Shown: positions 51,775 through 62,848, counted from the first letter of the stretch. The stretch is DNA of 64,000 nt from Gammaproteobacteria bacterium (GCA_963662545.2 CAXXLL010000002.1:352001-416000); one strand, 5' to 3'. Notes: a model not told the origin generated them from the letters alone. A program made the numbers and translations.

Positions 51775-52878
51775 ATGTCCGGCAATTCCATTGGCAAGCT
51801 GTTTACGGTCACGACCGCGGGTGAGAGCCACGGTCCCGGTTACCTGTGCATCGTCGACGGCTGTCCGCCCGGCATGGCACTGGACGAATCCGATCTTCAG
51901 ACAGATCTCGACCGGCGCAAACCCGGTAAATCCCGCCATACGACGCAGCGGCGCGAGGACGACACCGTCCGCATCCTTTCGGGTGTCTTCGAAGGCAGAA
52001 CGACCGGCACGCCCATCGCGCTCATGATTGAAAATACCGATCAGAAGTCGAAGGACTATTCGAATATCAAGGACAAGTTCCGTCCCGGGCATGCGGATTA
52101 CGCCTACATACAAAAATACGGGGTGCGCGACTACCGCGGCGGCGGACGCGCATCAGCGCGTGAAACCTGTATGAGGGTGGCGGCCGGTGCCATTGCGAAA
52201 AAGTATCTGGCAGACGAAAGCGGTGTTGTGGTGCGTGCGTATCTCGCACAACTGGGGCCCATAAAGCTGCGTTGCGAGGACCTCGAAGCGGCGAATTCGA
52301 ACCCTTTCTTCTGCGCCGAACCGGGCCGCGTGGAAGAGTTGGAAGCGTATATGGACGCCTTGCGGAAGGAAGGCGATTCTATCGGCGCGCGGGTCAACCT
52401 CATTGCCACCGGTATAACGCCCGGATGGGGTGAACCGGTGTTCGATCGGCTGGACGCGGATATCGCCAAAGCGTTGATGAGTATCAACGCGGTCAAAGCC
52501 GTGGAACTGGGTGAGGGATTTGCGGCGGTCGAGCACAAAGGAACCCAGCATAGAGACGAGATGAGTCCGCGCGGATTCGCTAGCAACAACGCGGGCGGCG
52601 TTCTCGGCGGGATCTCCACCGGCCAGGACATCCTCGTCAGCATCGGGCTAAAACCGACCTCGAGCATTCGCTTGAGCGGCGATACCGTCAACATCGAGGG
52701 TGAAGCGACCGACATTGCGACCTACGGCCGCCACGACCCCTGTGTCGGTATTCGTGCCGTCCCCATCGCCGAAGCGATGCTGGCGCTCGTCTTGATGGAT
52801 CACCATCTGCGTCACCGCGCGCAGAACGCATCCACGGTGGTTAAGACGCCCGACATTACCCGCGTGCAGTGTGACTGA
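51775..52878 (+). CDS. aroC: Chorismate synthase
   Basis: GESHG, RPGHADY, RASARET, GRHDPC. Confidence 0.97.
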   Translation: MSGNSIGKLFTVTTAGESHGPGYLCIVDGCPPGMALDESDLQTDLDRRKPGKSRHTTQRREDDTVRILSGVFEGRTTGTPIALMIENTDQKSKDYSNIKDKFRPGHADYAYIQKYGVRDYRGGGRASARETCMRVAAGAIAKKYLADESGVVVRAYLAQLGPIKLRCEDLEAANSNPFFCAEPGRVEELEAYMDALRKEGDSIGARVNLIATGITPGWGEPVFDRLDADIAKALMSINAVKAVELGEGFAAVEHKGTQHRDEMSPRGFASNNAGGVLGGISTGQDILVSIGLKPTSSIRLSGDTVNIEGEATDIATYGRHDPCVGIRAVPIAEAMLALVLMDHHLRHRAQNASTVVKTPDITRVQCD

Positions 52879-52891
52879 TTGATGAGCGCTG

Positions 52892-53992
52892 ATGAGTGAT
52901 GGGCACGGCGGCCGTCTCATCAGGGCGGATACCGCAGTACGTGAAATGGCCGAGCGGATCCAGGCGGCGTCCCAGGCACGGGAACCGCTGCGTATCGTCG
53001 GCGGTGACACCAAGTCATTTTACGGTCGGCCGGTCAGCGGGACGGCGTTCGAGATGGCCGGATATGCCGGCATCGTCGCCTACGAACCGACCGAACTCGT
53101 GATCACGGCGAAAGCCGGCACCACTCTGGACGAGATCGACCAAATTCTCGAACGCAACGCCCAGATGCTCGGTTTCGAACCGCCGCATTGCGGGCGGCGT
53201 TCAACCGTCGGCGGCGTCGTTGCCAGCGGCCTGTCGGGACCCGGGCGGCCCTGGTTGGGTGCCGTTCGTGATTTCGTGCTGGGGGTGGAGACGATCAACG
53301 GTCAGGGGCAGCTTCTGCGGTTCGGTGGCCAGGTAATGAAGAACGTAGCCGGGTACGACGTGTCCCGGCTCATGGCCGGTTCGCTCGGCACCTTAGGGGT
53401 CATCACACGCGTATCGCTACGGGTCGTGCCGAAACCTCGAAGTGCGGCGACCCTGATCTGGGGGCTCGCAAAGTCCGAGGCGAAAGCGCGCATGCTGGAA
53501 TGGTCCCGGCAACCGTGGCCGATTACCGCCATGGCGTTCGACGGCACTGCGCTGCGTATTCGAGCGTCCGGCAGCGAGCAGGCCCTCGCCGACGCGATCG
53601 AGCGATTGAGTCCCGACTCATGGGTGTCTGACGATGATTACTGGAGCCGCTTACGCGATTTCAATCTGCCCATATTTCAATCACAGAACGCATCCGTGTG
53701 GCGGCTGTCTCTGCCCCCTGCCGCGCCGGATCCCGAGGACATCGTACCGGACCTATGGGATTGGGGCGGCGCGCAGCGTTGGCTGAGAAATGCCGCGGAC
53801 GGCACGACGCTACAGCGACACTGCGCATCCCACGGCGGACACGCAGCGTGTTTTCGCAGTCATGATCAAGCGCGTTCGCCGGAAGTTTTCATGCAGCCCG
53901 ATCAAGCCCTGCAGGGGATATTCGAGCGATTGAAACGCGCCTTCGACCCGGCCGGCATTTTCAATCCCGGACGACACTTCGCCTGGATGTAG
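52892..53992 (+). CDS. glcE: Glycolate oxidase FAD-binding subunit
   Basis: YEPTELVITAKAGT, FGGQVMKNVAGYDVSRL, FDPAGIFNPGR. Confidence 0.92.
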   Translation: MSDGHGGRLIRADTAVREMAERIQAASQAREPLRIVGGDTKSFYGRPVSGTAFEMAGYAGIVAYEPTELVITAKAGTTLDEIDQILERNAQMLGFEPPHCGRRSTVGGVVASGLSGPGRPWLGAVRDFVLGVETINGQGQLLRFGGQVMKNVAGYDVSRLMAGSLGTLGVITRVSLRVVPKPRSAATLIWGLAKSEAKARMLEWSRQPWPITAMAFDGTALRIRASGSEQALADAIERLSPDSWVSDDDYWSRLRDFNLPIFQSQNASVWRLSLPPAAPDPEDIVPDLWDWGGAQRWLRNAADGTTLQRHCASHGGHAACFRSHDQARSPEVFMQPDQALQGIFERLKRAFDPAGIFNPGRHFAWM

Positions 53993-54002
53993 AAGACTCC
54001 TG

Positions 54003-55223
54003 ATGCGTGTATCCATTGCAGAGCAGTTCAAGCACAGTGCCTTCGCTACCGAAGCGGCCAAGATCGTGCGCAGCTGTGTGCATTGCGGCTTCTGCAACGC
54101 GACCTGTCCGACCTACCTGTTAACGGGTGATGAGCTCGAAGGGCCGCGCGGGCGCATCTATTTGATCAAATCGATGCTGGAGGACGGCAATATTGGGAAA
54201 ACCACACAACGGCACCTCGATCAATGTCTGGTATGCCGAAATTGCGAGACGACCTGTCCCTCCGGGGTCGAATACGGCCGGCTGCTGGAAGTCGTGCGGC
54301 CGCAGGTTCAGAAGATGGTACGACTGCCGGTCTTCGCGCGGATCCAACGCTGGCTGATTACCCGCGTCGTCGCCTACCCGTCGCGCCTGGCGCCCTTCGT
54401 CGCGCTTGGCAGGGCGTTGCGGCCGCTTATGCCGGCCGCGCTCAAGCGCCTCGTGCCCGTTAAGCAGCGCATCCCCCAACGCCGTCTCGAACGCCATCCC
54501 CGGCGCATCCTGCTACTGGGTGGTTGCGCGCAGGCCGTTATGAATCCCGCCATCGACGAGGCCGCGCGCGCCGTGTTCGATGCGCTCGGCATATCGCTTG
54601 AACATTGCCCTGGCGTCGATTGCTGTGGCGCGCTTCATTATCACCTCGGTTACGAACACGAGGCGCTCAACATAGCTAAAGCAAACGTCGATCGTTGGTG
54701 GCCTGAAGTCGAGAAGGGCGCTGAAGCGATCCTCGCGACTTCGTCGGGATGCGGCCTGCAACTCAAGGACTATGCGCGCATGCTGGCGGGCGAACCCGGG
54801 TACGCCGAGCGGGCGCAGAAGATACAGGATCTCGTCAAAGATCCGGCGGAGATCGTCGAGGCCGGCGCCTTATCCGGTTTGATTCGACCCGGTCGCAACA
54901 CGATTGCCTTCCACGCACCCTGTACGCTGCAGCACGGCCAGCGCCTCGCGGGAAAAATCGAAAGCCTGCTCGAGGAACTCGGGTGGACGCTCAGCGCGGT
55001 TGCCGACCCGCATCTGTGTTGCGGCTCAGCGGGATCCTATTCTCTGCTGCATCCGAAAACGGCCGGCGCGCTGCGCAGCGATAAGTTGAAAAAGTTGCTC
55101 GAAGGCGGGCCGCAGGAAATCGTCACGGCGAACATCGGGTGCCAGTTGCATCTCGGCGCCGCGGCGCCGGTCAAGGTTCGCCATTGGCTCGAGTTATTGG
55201 CGGAACACCTGTGCCGTCATTGA
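54003..55223 (+). CDS. glcF: Glycolate oxidase Fe-S subunit
   Basis: CVHCGFCNATCP, CLVCRNCETTCP, CCG motifs, TANIGC. Confidence 0.93.
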   Translation: MRVSIAEQFKHSAFATEAAKIVRSCVHCGFCNATCPTYLLTGDELEGPRGRIYLIKSMLEDGNIGKTTQRHLDQCLVCRNCETTCPSGVEYGRLLEVVRPQVQKMVRLPVFARIQRWLITRVVAYPSRLAPFVALGRALRPLMPAALKRLVPVKQRIPQRRLERHPRRILLLGGCAQAVMNPAIDEAARAVFDALGISLEHCPGVDCCGALHYHLGYEHEALNIAKANVDRWWPEVEKGAEAILATSSGCGLQLKDYARMLAGEPGYAERAQKIQDLVKDPAEIVEAGALSGLIRPGRNTIAFHAPCTLQHGQRLAGKIESLLEELGWTLSAVADPHLCCGSAGSYSLLHPKTAGALRSDKLKKLLEGGPQEIVTANIGCQLHLGAAAPVKVRHWLELLAEHLCRH

Positions 55224-56305
55224 CCGACTGGAAGGGTCAGCAGCGGTCCGGTCGTATTGCCCTCGCTGGCTTGCAGCGAGAACAATTGTGAAATCAGACT
55301 GAAAGTGGATTTAGTCTGCAGATCATCGTCGGCAAGGTAGAACCATTGCCCCCGATAATGAGTTTTTACGGGCGCCTTCGGAACCTCGGAGCTCTGATGG
55401 GCAACGAAAAGACCTCGCGTTACTTCGAGCCAGTCACACGCGGACCCATCGTCGCGCTTCGTCACGGTGACAAGGCCCTTGGCGATGTCAGATTCACTGA
55501 CTTGAACGGCATGCGAGAGGTAAAACATGATACCGAGCAGCGAGCGCGTCTCGACGTGAACGATTCCTTCACCGCCGGCGCCGCGAATCGCTTTGACTGG
55601 ATAAGATTCCTGCCGACGAAGATTCAACAGCGATAGCAATTCACTCGCCTCGGACGTTCGCTCATCGCCATTTATGCCAATTCTGGCTTGCGATTTTTCA
55701 TCGTCATTCACGAAACCGAAACTCAAGGACCCGGCGTGCTGCAAAATACCGAGCAGCTCCGCGACCCGAATGAACGTCTCATATTCTGGGGCAGCCGACG
55801 GTGTCGGGCCGGATGCCGTCGGCGCATTGGGAATACCGTTGATGCGATTGACGCAGAGCCGGAAAATGCGCTCGGCGCTCCAGCCCGAATTGAGTAGCAG
55901 GGAGATCGTTTCCAACGCGATCGGTGACAACATCCGCTGCACGAAATCGTTACCCTGCAGCGGTGCATAGCTCACGGTTGGCTGCTCGACGAAACTGATG
56001 CCGCTATCAAAGCCAAGAGTCTCGGGCGTTTGCCGTTCACGCAAGCTCGCACTCGCACCCAGGTTGGTCTGTAGCCTGAACTGTGATGCGACGCTGGTGA
56101 CTTCCAGGAACAGAGGTGTATCGCGATACCTCAGCCGCACGAGGTTCAACAACAGTTGCTCATCGGCGGTCCGTTGAATGGCGATGTTGTAATCATTACC
56201 GCCGGCCTGAATCCGTTGCGGACCGATTCGGGCGCAGCCGTTCAACAACAGGCCGCACAAAATTACAGACGCGATCACCCAGCCCAGGCATCGAGAATGG
56301 GTCAT
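55217..56305 (-). CDS. Hypothetical lipoprotein
   Basis: 362-aa ORF with lipobox LLNGC; no function recognised. Confidence 0.72.
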   Translation of the reverse strand: MTHSRCLGWVIASVILCGLLLNGCARIGPQRIQAGGNDYNIAIQRTADEQLLLNLVRLRYRDTPLFLEVTSVASQFRLQTNLGASASLRERQTPETLGFDSGISFVEQPTVSYAPLQGNDFVQRMLSPIALETISLLLNSGWSAERIFRLCVNRINGIPNAPTASGPTPSAAPEYETFIRVAELLGILQHAGSLSFGFVNDDEKSQARIGINGDERTSEASELLSLLNLRRQESYPVKAIRGAGGEGIVHVETRSLLGIMFYLSHAVQVSESDIAKGLVTVTKRDDGSACDWLEVTRGLFVAHQSSEVPKAPVKTHYRGQWFYLADDDLQTKSTFSLISQLFSLQASEGNTTGPLLTLPVGQ

Positions 56306-56378
56306 CGATAATATTCTTTACGGGGGCCTGGTGAAGTGAGCTTCAAAACGCCGGGACGACGTTTTGAACAAGAATCAA

Positions 56379-56650
56379 TTAGAACCCATCGAAAAATTTT
56401 CGGGTCCACGTTGCCCCGTGAAAATCGGCGTTGCAAGGCGCAGCGCGCAGGGCATGGTGGTGCCATGTTCAAGCGCTGCAACGCAGCAAACGAGGTTTTC
56501 AGGGGGCAACCCGAAGGGCTGGTGGCTGTTTTCGCACATTTCAGCGTTGCTCGTCGCTCATTGAGTAATGCGTTGCCATGCTTCTCGCGCCTTGAACTGC
56601 ACGAAAACGGCCGCCAGCGTGGGGTCGAATAATTTTGAGATGGGTTTTAG
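56379..56650. mobile_element. MITE-like element family F (264 bp, 56383-56646)
   Basis: TTAG-aacccatcgaaaaatt ... aattttgagatgggtt-TTAG; right flank contains the mlaA stop codon. Confidence 0.78.
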
Positions 56651-57402
56651 TAAACGCGAAGAATTGCCGCCTCACCTTCACCCTCGATGTATTCCTCGAA
56701 GCCGTCGCCTGGCGGGTTGCCGTCGTAGATCTGGAATTCACGCTGCTGGCGCCAGGCCTCGCGGACGAAGGTATAGGGATCGAGCGCTGCCTGATCTCTC
56801 AAGCGCGTTGCGTCGAGCAGGTTCGCGCGTGAATTGATCGCGTTGACGGCACCCAAGGGTACGGTCACCACCGGCGCCAAATAGGTCAGCGGATTCAGCA
56901 GTATGCCCATGACCGGTGCGCCGATGTCGCGGTAGGAACTCGGTCCGAGAAAGGGCAGCATCAGGTAGGCGCCCTCGTTGGCGCCCCAGGTGCCGAAGGT
57001 CTGGCCCAGGTCTTCTTCGTGTCGTTCAAGCCCCAGGCTCGTGGCCGGGTCGAAAAGACCGCCTATTCCAACCGTGCTGTTGACGATTAAACGACCGGAG
57101 TCTCCGACGAACCGCCCCATTTTTCCTTGCAGCAGATCGTTGGCGATCGTGTTCAAAGAGCCCACGTTGTCAAAAAAGTTCGTAACGCCGTCACGGACCG
57201 GATCGGGGGCGATATCGGCGTATTTTTTCGCGACCGGTTCCAGAAAGGTCTTGTCCAGCGTGTCGTTGAACGCGTAAAACGTACGATTCATCGATTCGTG
57301 CGGGTCTCCGCTGTCCGTCGACGGCGTGGAGCTGCACCCTGCGAGGATGATCAAGGACAGGCACGCCAGTGAGACACGCGACCGAGTTCGAAGATCTACC
57401 AT
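56647..57402 (-). CDS. mlaA: VacJ/MlaA-family lipoprotein
   Basis: Lipobox ILAGC, DP.E..NR..Y.FN, GIGGLFDPA, EDLGQTFG.WG, YLMLPFLGPS. Confidence 0.92.
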   Translation of the reverse strand: MVDLRTRSRVSLACLSLIILAGCSSTPSTDSGDPHESMNRTFYAFNDTLDKTFLEPVAKKYADIAPDPVRDGVTNFFDNVGSLNTIANDLLQGKMGRFVGDSGRLIVNSTVGIGGLFDPATSLGLERHEEDLGQTFGTWGANEGAYLMLPFLGPSSYRDIGAPVMGILLNPLTYLAPVVTVPLGAVNAINSRANLLDATRLRDQAALDPYTFVREAWRQQREFQIYDGNPPGDGFEEYIEGEGEAAILRVY

Positions 57403-57486
57403 GATGTGTGTTCCGCGGAGAGATTTCTTATTGGTGTTGATATTGCCACAATTGTTGCTGTTTCGCATTAACCCGGCTCGGTGATT

Positions 57487-58122
57487 TCACGAGCCTCGCA
57501 GCATGGCCGTAATCTTGTCATTTAGCCTATTTACGAGGGAATCGAATCCCTCTTTCTTGATAACGGCCGTGTAATCCGCCCTCTTTAGCGATAGATCCGA
57601 TATACCCTGGGCAATGACGTTAACGATCAACCACTTGTTGTCGTTTCCACGCAACAAATAGGTGAGGGGGATTTTCTCCCCGTCGGCTTTTACCAGCGCC
57701 GTTTTCACAATGACGCCACGGCGACTTTTCTCCGTTTGTATCGTTTCGAAACGTTCGCCGGAAAATCCGGAAAAGTTAGTGGCATACGTCGCCGCGCTGA
57801 GCTTGCGAAAAACATTTTTAAAGCTGTCGCGCTGTGCGGGGGCGGTATCCTTCCAGTAGCGCCCGGTGACGATGCGCGCAATGGTATTGAAATCGAAACT
57901 GTCGTCGATCACGGGACTGATTAAATTGAAGCGGCCTTCGTAACCCAGTTGCTCCGCTCTGGTCATCGCTTCCAGCAGCGTTTCGTGCAGTCGCTCCACG
58001 ACCGCTCGGGGCGCCTGTTCCTCGGCAGCCATGGTCATGCCTGAAAGGGCGATAAGGGCTACGCAAATGGGTTTTCTGATGCGATTCATTTCGATCAACG
58101 ATCTTTCGTTCAATGAATTCAT
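57487..58122 (-). CDS. hpnM: MlaC/HpnM-family periplasmic lipid-binding protein
   Basis: SFDF..IARIVTGRYW, WLIVNVIAQGISDLSLKRADY; within hpn cluster. Confidence 0.75.
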   Translation of the reverse strand: MNSLNERSLIEMNRIRKPICVALIALSGMTMAAEEQAPRAVVERLHETLLEAMTRAEQLGYEGRFNLISPVIDDSFDFNTIARIVTGRYWKDTAPAQRDSFKNVFRKLSAATYATNFSGFSGERFETIQTEKSRRGVIVKTALVKADGEKIPLTYLLRGNDNKWLIVNVIAQGISDLSLKRADYTAVIKKEGFDSLVNRLNDKITAMLRGS

Positions 58123-58150
58123 CGATTCTGCGGTGGATGTTTAGTTCCGC

Positions 58151-59275
58151 TCAATCGACGGCGGTTTTCTCATAACTGCGATTTTTCCATCGCGTACGCT
58201 CGCCACCCCAGTACCGAACCGCGGAGGTCCAGGTCATGAGGAGAAAGAGACACGCCGCGATCGGCAGGGACAATACCCAGAAACCGGGTAATCCGTAATA
58301 CTGAATCGTCGGCACATACGATAGCCCCATAGCCCCAAGCGCCGTGATGGCGGCCAGCTTGACCATTCCGGATCCAGATGCCAGGGCGAGGACGGGAACC
58401 ACAAAGCTGACGATTAGCAACACGCTGCACAGCACCAGCAACAGCGTTGAATAACGCAACTGCGTAAATGCCGAGCGCGCCACCATATTCCAGATATTCT
58501 CCAGTGATGCATACGGCCGGACCGCGCGGACATCGCGACTCAGGCCGATCCATGTGCGCCCACCCGCACGCTTGATCAGGCGTGCCAGCGTACAGTCGTC
58601 GATTATTGCACCATGCAAAGCTTCAAATCCGCCGATCTCCCTCAATTTATCAGTCTCGATCAAAATGCAACCGCCGGCGGCCGCCGCGATCCTCGAAGTT
58701 GGCCGGTTCGACAGGGCAAACGGATAGATCAGCTTAAAGAAGTAGATAAAGGGTGGCAGTAGGAGCTTTTCCCAGAGCGTATCCATAGGTAAACACGCCA
58801 TGATGGAAGCCAGTTGGAGCCGGTCATCCGCTGCGCGCTGCCTGAGTGCGGCGAGCATACCGGGAGCTAGCGCAATATCGGCATCCAGCAGCAGTGAATA
58901 ACGGGTATCCACCCGTTGGGCGGCTTGCTCGAGTGCCCAGAGTTTGCCACTCCAGCCGGGCGGCAGAGCGCTGCCGTCGATTACAGTGAGCTTATCGATC
59001 CGGAGGTTTCTCGCGATCTCACCGGTGCCGTCGCTGCTCTGGTCGTCAACCAGGATGATACCCGCGAGCTTTCCCTGTCGGGCGAGCGCCGTCAGGGTTT
59101 CCGCAATACATCGGGCCTCATCACGGGCTGGGATCAGCGCCGTCGTGTCGGAGAAATCCATGCGCGTCGTTCGCGCCTGCGCAGCAAGCGATTCGCGCGT
59201 GGACCAGGGTCGCCATGGGAGCACCAGCACGATCAGCCATATGCACGCGGCAAAGCTCGTGGCGGCGAGGAACAT
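58151..59275 (-). CDS. hpnB: Hopanoid-associated glycosyltransferase (GT2)
   Basis: IPARDEA, DDQSSDGT, GWSGKLWAL, DAD, AAAGGC, IIDDC, WNMVARSAFTQL. Confidence 0.85.
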   Translation of the reverse strand: MFLAATSFAACIWLIVLVLPWRPWSTRESLAAQARTTRMDFSDTTALIPARDEARCIAETLTALARQGKLAGIILVDDQSSDGTGEIARNLRIDKLTVIDGSALPPGWSGKLWALEQAAQRVDTRYSLLLDADIALAPGMLAALRQRAADDRLQLASIMACLPMDTLWEKLLLPPFIYFFKLIYPFALSNRPTSRIAAAAGGCILIETDKLREIGGFEALHGAIIDDCTLARLIKRAGGRTWIGLSRDVRAVRPYASLENIWNMVARSAFTQLRYSTLLLVLCSVLLIVSFVVPVLALASGSGMVKLAAITALGAMGLSYVPTIQYYGLPGFWVLSLPIAACLFLLMTWTSAVRYWGGERTRWKNRSYEKTAVD

Positions 59276-59315
59276 TTTTCAGTGGGAGCAGCGCGAACGC
59301 GCGTCGATCACGGCG

Positions 59316-59483
59316 CTAGCAGTCTGTCGGACTTAGGGAATCGTAGCGAGGCGGGTGGGAGAGCGAGTCCAGATGTGTCATGGTTTGAGGCGAATAGTGG
59401 GGCTATTTAATGAAAACCATGGCGCATCTGGACCGCTATCCCAACGCCGTAGTAGATTCATCCTAAGTCCGACAGGCTGCTGG
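59316..59483 (+). mobile_element. MITE-like element family C (160 bp, 59320-59479)
   Basis: CTAG-cagtctgtcggacttagg ... cctaagtccgacaggctg-CTGG. Confidence 0.85.
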
Positions 59484-59493
59484 GAGAGAGCGA

Positions 59494-60621
59494 TCAGGCC
59501 ACACGTTTTTTGCTGCAGCTGCTCGCGGTTTCGGTTTCCGCGACCAGCCGCGGCGTCGTCGTGGTTTCGTCTTGATAAAAAAACGGTACTTCGGGCGCCA
59601 TGGGACCGTCGGTGCGCGGACCGCGAAGGAACACTTTGAGCGCCTTCAGGGGGTTGCGGAAAGTATCGTTGACTGCAGTTGCCTCGTAACCCGAATGAAC
59701 CATGCAGTCAGCGCATTTGGGATTGATACCGGTACCGTATTTTTCCCAAGCAGTCTCTTCGATGAGTTTGCGGAAGCTCGACGCGTAACCTTCGCCAACC
59801 AATAGGTAACATGGTTTTTGCCAGCCGAATACGTTACGCGTCGGATTTCCCCACGGCGTGCAGTGGTAAGTTTGGTTGCCGGCGAGAAAATCGAGGTACA
59901 GCGACGATTGATTGAACCGCCACTTGCGGCCGCGGCCCAAATCGAAAATATCGCGGAATAAGCGCTTGCTTCCGAGGCGCTTGAGAAAAACGTCCTGGCT
60001 TGGCGCCCGCTCGTAGGAGTACCCGGGTGATATCGTCACGCCCTCGACGCCAAGTGCCATCATTCGATCCATAAAATCTGCCACTTCCCCGGCCGATTCA
60101 CCTTGGAACAGGGTGCAATTGACTGTGACCCTGAAGCCGCGCTCGAGAGCAACGCGGATTACCTGTTCGCATTTCTCGTAGACGCCATCGCGGCATACGG
60201 AGGTATCGTGGCGTTCGCGGTTACCGTCGAGGTGGATAGAAAACGTCAGGTACGGCGACGGTTCGTAATCGTCCATGCGACGATCGAGCAGCAACGCGTT
60301 GGTGCACAAATACACAAATTTCTTGCGCCGGACATAGCCGCGAACGATGCGCGGCATGTCTTTATGGATCAGCGGTTCACCGCCGGCGATGGATACGATA
60401 GGCGCGCCGCACTCGTCGATCGCTTCCATACAGTCTTCATAGCTCAGCCGCTTGTCGAGAATTTCTTCGGGGTAATCGATCTTGCCGCAGCCGGCGCAGG
60501 CGAGGTTGCAACGGAAAAGAGGTTCCAGCATCAATACGAGCGGATATTGTTTGATTCCCCTGACCTTCTGCCCGAGTATGTATCGTCCAACGCGGACCTG
60601 TTGGACCAGTGGAACGCCCAT
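59494..60621 (-). CDS. hpnH: Adenosylhopane synthase, radical SAM
   Basis: YPLVLMLEPLFRCNLACAGCGKI, CTPWGNPTRNVFGWQKPCY, CADCMVHSGYE. Confidence 0.95.
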   Translation of the reverse strand: MGVPLVQQVRVGRYILGQKVRGIKQYPLVLMLEPLFRCNLACAGCGKIDYPEEILDKRLSYEDCMEAIDECGAPIVSIAGGEPLIHKDMPRIVRGYVRRKKFVYLCTNALLLDRRMDDYEPSPYLTFSIHLDGNRERHDTSVCRDGVYEKCEQVIRVALERGFRVTVNCTLFQGESAGEVADFMDRMMALGVEGVTISPGYSYERAPSQDVFLKRLGSKRLFRDIFDLGRGRKWRFNQSSLYLDFLAGNQTYHCTPWGNPTRNVFGWQKPCYLLVGEGYASSFRKLIEETAWEKYGTGINPKCADCMVHSGYEATAVNDTFRNPLKALKVFLRGPRTDGPMAPEVPFFYQDETTTTPRLVAETETASSCSKKRVA

Positions 60622-60910
60622 GCTTTACCCTTATGAAAAGAAAGGAATTTCTCGTTCAGTTTCAAGCAATTATGTTTGAAACCAGAATGGCGCGCAACGA
60701 TACTGTAATGACGTGAAAAAGTATAGTCTCGCAGGCCTAAATAGAGCATCGTTAAGAGCGCAATCATGACCCGCAAGCGCCTTCGAATCGTAGCGCTTCG
60801 GTTGGTTATTATGGTTCACGGCCGGCTCCGGGCCAGCTTGCAAGGGCAGGGGCCGCTCTCCATAATTCACGGACCTACCCACGGTTGGGATCAGCGGGAA
60901 TCGAGTAAAG

Positions 60911-62806
60911 ATGACACAGAATTCGCACTATTCGCTGCTGGACAAAATCGATTCCCCAGAAGATCTTCGCGCCTTGCCGGAATCCTCCCTGGAACAGCTG
61001 GCGGGCGAACTCAGGGCCTTTCTCCTCGCATCCGTCAGTCAAAGCGGCGGACATTTCGCCGCGGGGCTGGGCTCCGTCGAACTCACCATCGCGCTCCATT
61101 ATCTATACCAAACGCCTGAAGATCGTATCGTATGGGACGTCGGACATCAGGCGTATCCGCATAAGATCCTGACGGGTCGCAAGGATCGCTTGCATACCAT
61201 CCGCAAGTGGGAGGGGCTCGCCCCGTTTCCCAAGCGGGCGGAAAGCCACTACGACACGTTTGGCGTCGGCCATTCGAGTACGTCCATCAGCGCCGCGCTC
61301 GGCATGGCCATCGCCGCCGAGCTGACCGGCTCGCAACGGCGCGCCGTCGCCGTCATCGGCGACGGCGCCATGACCGCGGGCCTCGCCTTCGAGGCCTTGA
61401 ATCACGCGGGCGCGCGGGGCACCGACCTGCTTGTGATTTTGAATGACAACGACATGTCGATATCGCCCAACGTCGGTGCTTTGTCCAACCGTTTCGCACG
61501 GATCCTCTCCGGTAAGTTGTATACGAGTCTTCGCGCGAACAGCAAGAAAGTCCTCTCGCAGATGCCGCCCGTGTGGGAGCTTGCGCGGCGCGCCGAGGAA
61601 CACGTCAAGGGCCTCATCGTTCCCGGCACGCTGTTCGAGGAATTCGGGTTCAATTACATCGGCCCGATCGACGGCCACGACCTGTCGACGCTCTTGAGTA
61701 CGATTCGCAACATCAAACGTCTCGACGGCCCGCAGCTTCTCCACGTGATTACCAAGAAGGGTAAAGGGTACGCGCTGGCCGAAGCGGATCCGGTGAAGTA
61801 TCACGGTGTTACGCCCTTCGATCCCAAGGTCGGAATCGTGCCATCGAACAAGCCGTCTGCGCTGACTTACAGCAAGGTCTTCGGCAACTGGATTTGCGAC
61901 ATGGCGGGTCTGGATCCGAGGCTTGTTGCGATTACGCCCGCCATGCGCGAAGGTTCGGGGCTCGTGCGTTTCGAAAAGGAATTTCCGGATCGTTACTTCG
62001 ACGTAGCGATTGCCGAGCAGCACAGCGTTAACGTCGCAGCGGGCATGGCCTGTGACGGCTTGAAACCGGTCGTCGCAATCTATTCGACGTTTCTTCAACG
62101 CGGATACGATCAGGTCATTCACGACGTCGTCAACCAGGAATTGCCGATTCTGTTCGCCCTCGATCGGGCCGGTCTGGTCGGCGCGGACGGTCCGACGCAT
62201 AACGGCAGTTATGACGTTTCTTTTCTGCGCTGTTTACCGAACATGACCGTGATGGCACCGGCCGACGAGAACGAATGTCGCCAGATGTTGTATACCGGTT
62301 TCATGCTCGATGGTCCGGCGGCCGTACGCTATCCTCGCGGCGCCGGGCCTGGCGTGGAAATATCCGAGGAGATGCAAGCGCTGCCGTTCGGCAAGGCGCA
62401 AATGAAACGTCACGGCGAAAGAGTCGCGATACTGGCTTTTGGAACGATGGTCGCGCCGGCGCTCGAGGTCGGTGAAAAGATCGACGCGACCGTGGTCAAT
62501 ATGCGCTTCATCAAGCCGCTCGACGTCGATATGGTGTTGGACGTGGTTGCCTCCCACGAGCTAACGATTACGGTCGAGGAAAGCGTCGTCGCCGGTGGTG
62601 CGGGCAGTGCCGTGAATGAATGCCTCGTCGAGGCGGGCTTAAGCGCCAACATCGCGAATTTCGGCTTACCCGACAGGCTCATCCAACACGGCTCGCGCGA
62701 CGATATGCTCGCCGATGCAGGCTTGACCGCTACGGGCATCGAGCAGTTCGTCAAGCAACGTCTGTCGCGGCTCGAAGGCATGGCCCCCGCAGCGCACACA
62801 GCCTGA
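60911..62806 (+). CDS. dxs: 1-deoxy-D-xylulose-5-phosphate synthase
   Basis: [51 protein letters not shown]. Confidence 0.97.
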   Translation: MTQNSHYSLLDKIDSPEDLRALPESSLEQLAGELRAFLLASVSQSGGHFAAGLGSVELTIALHYLYQTPEDRIVWDVGHQAYPHKILTGRKDRLHTIRKWEGLAPFPKRAESHYDTFGVGHSSTSISAALGMAIAAELTGSQRRAVAVIGDGAMTAGLAFEALNHAGARGTDLLVILNDNDMSISPNVGALSNRFARILSGKLYTSLRANSKKVLSQMPPVWELARRAEEHVKGLIVPGTLFEEFGFNYIGPIDGHDLSTLLSTIRNIKRLDGPQLLHVITKKGKGYALAEADPVKYHGVTPFDPKVGIVPSNKPSALTYSKVFGNWICDMAGLDPRLVAITPAMREGSGLVRFEKEFPDRYFDVAIAEQHSVNVAAGMACDGLKPVVAIYSTFLQRGYDQVIHDVVNQELPILFALDRAGLVGADGPTHNGSYDVSFLRCLPNMTVMAPADENECRQMLYTGFMLDGPAAVRYPRGAGPGVEISEEMQALPFGKAQMKRHGERVAILAFGTMVAPALEVGEKIDATVVNMRFIKPLDVDMVLDVVASHELTITVEESVVAGGAGSAVNECLVEAGLSANIANFGLPDRLIQHGSRDDMLADAGLTATGIEQFVKQRLSRLEGMAPAAHTA

Positions 62807-62848
62807 ACAAAGCGGAGCACATCAACCAGTCAGTGTGCCTGGCGCCGG

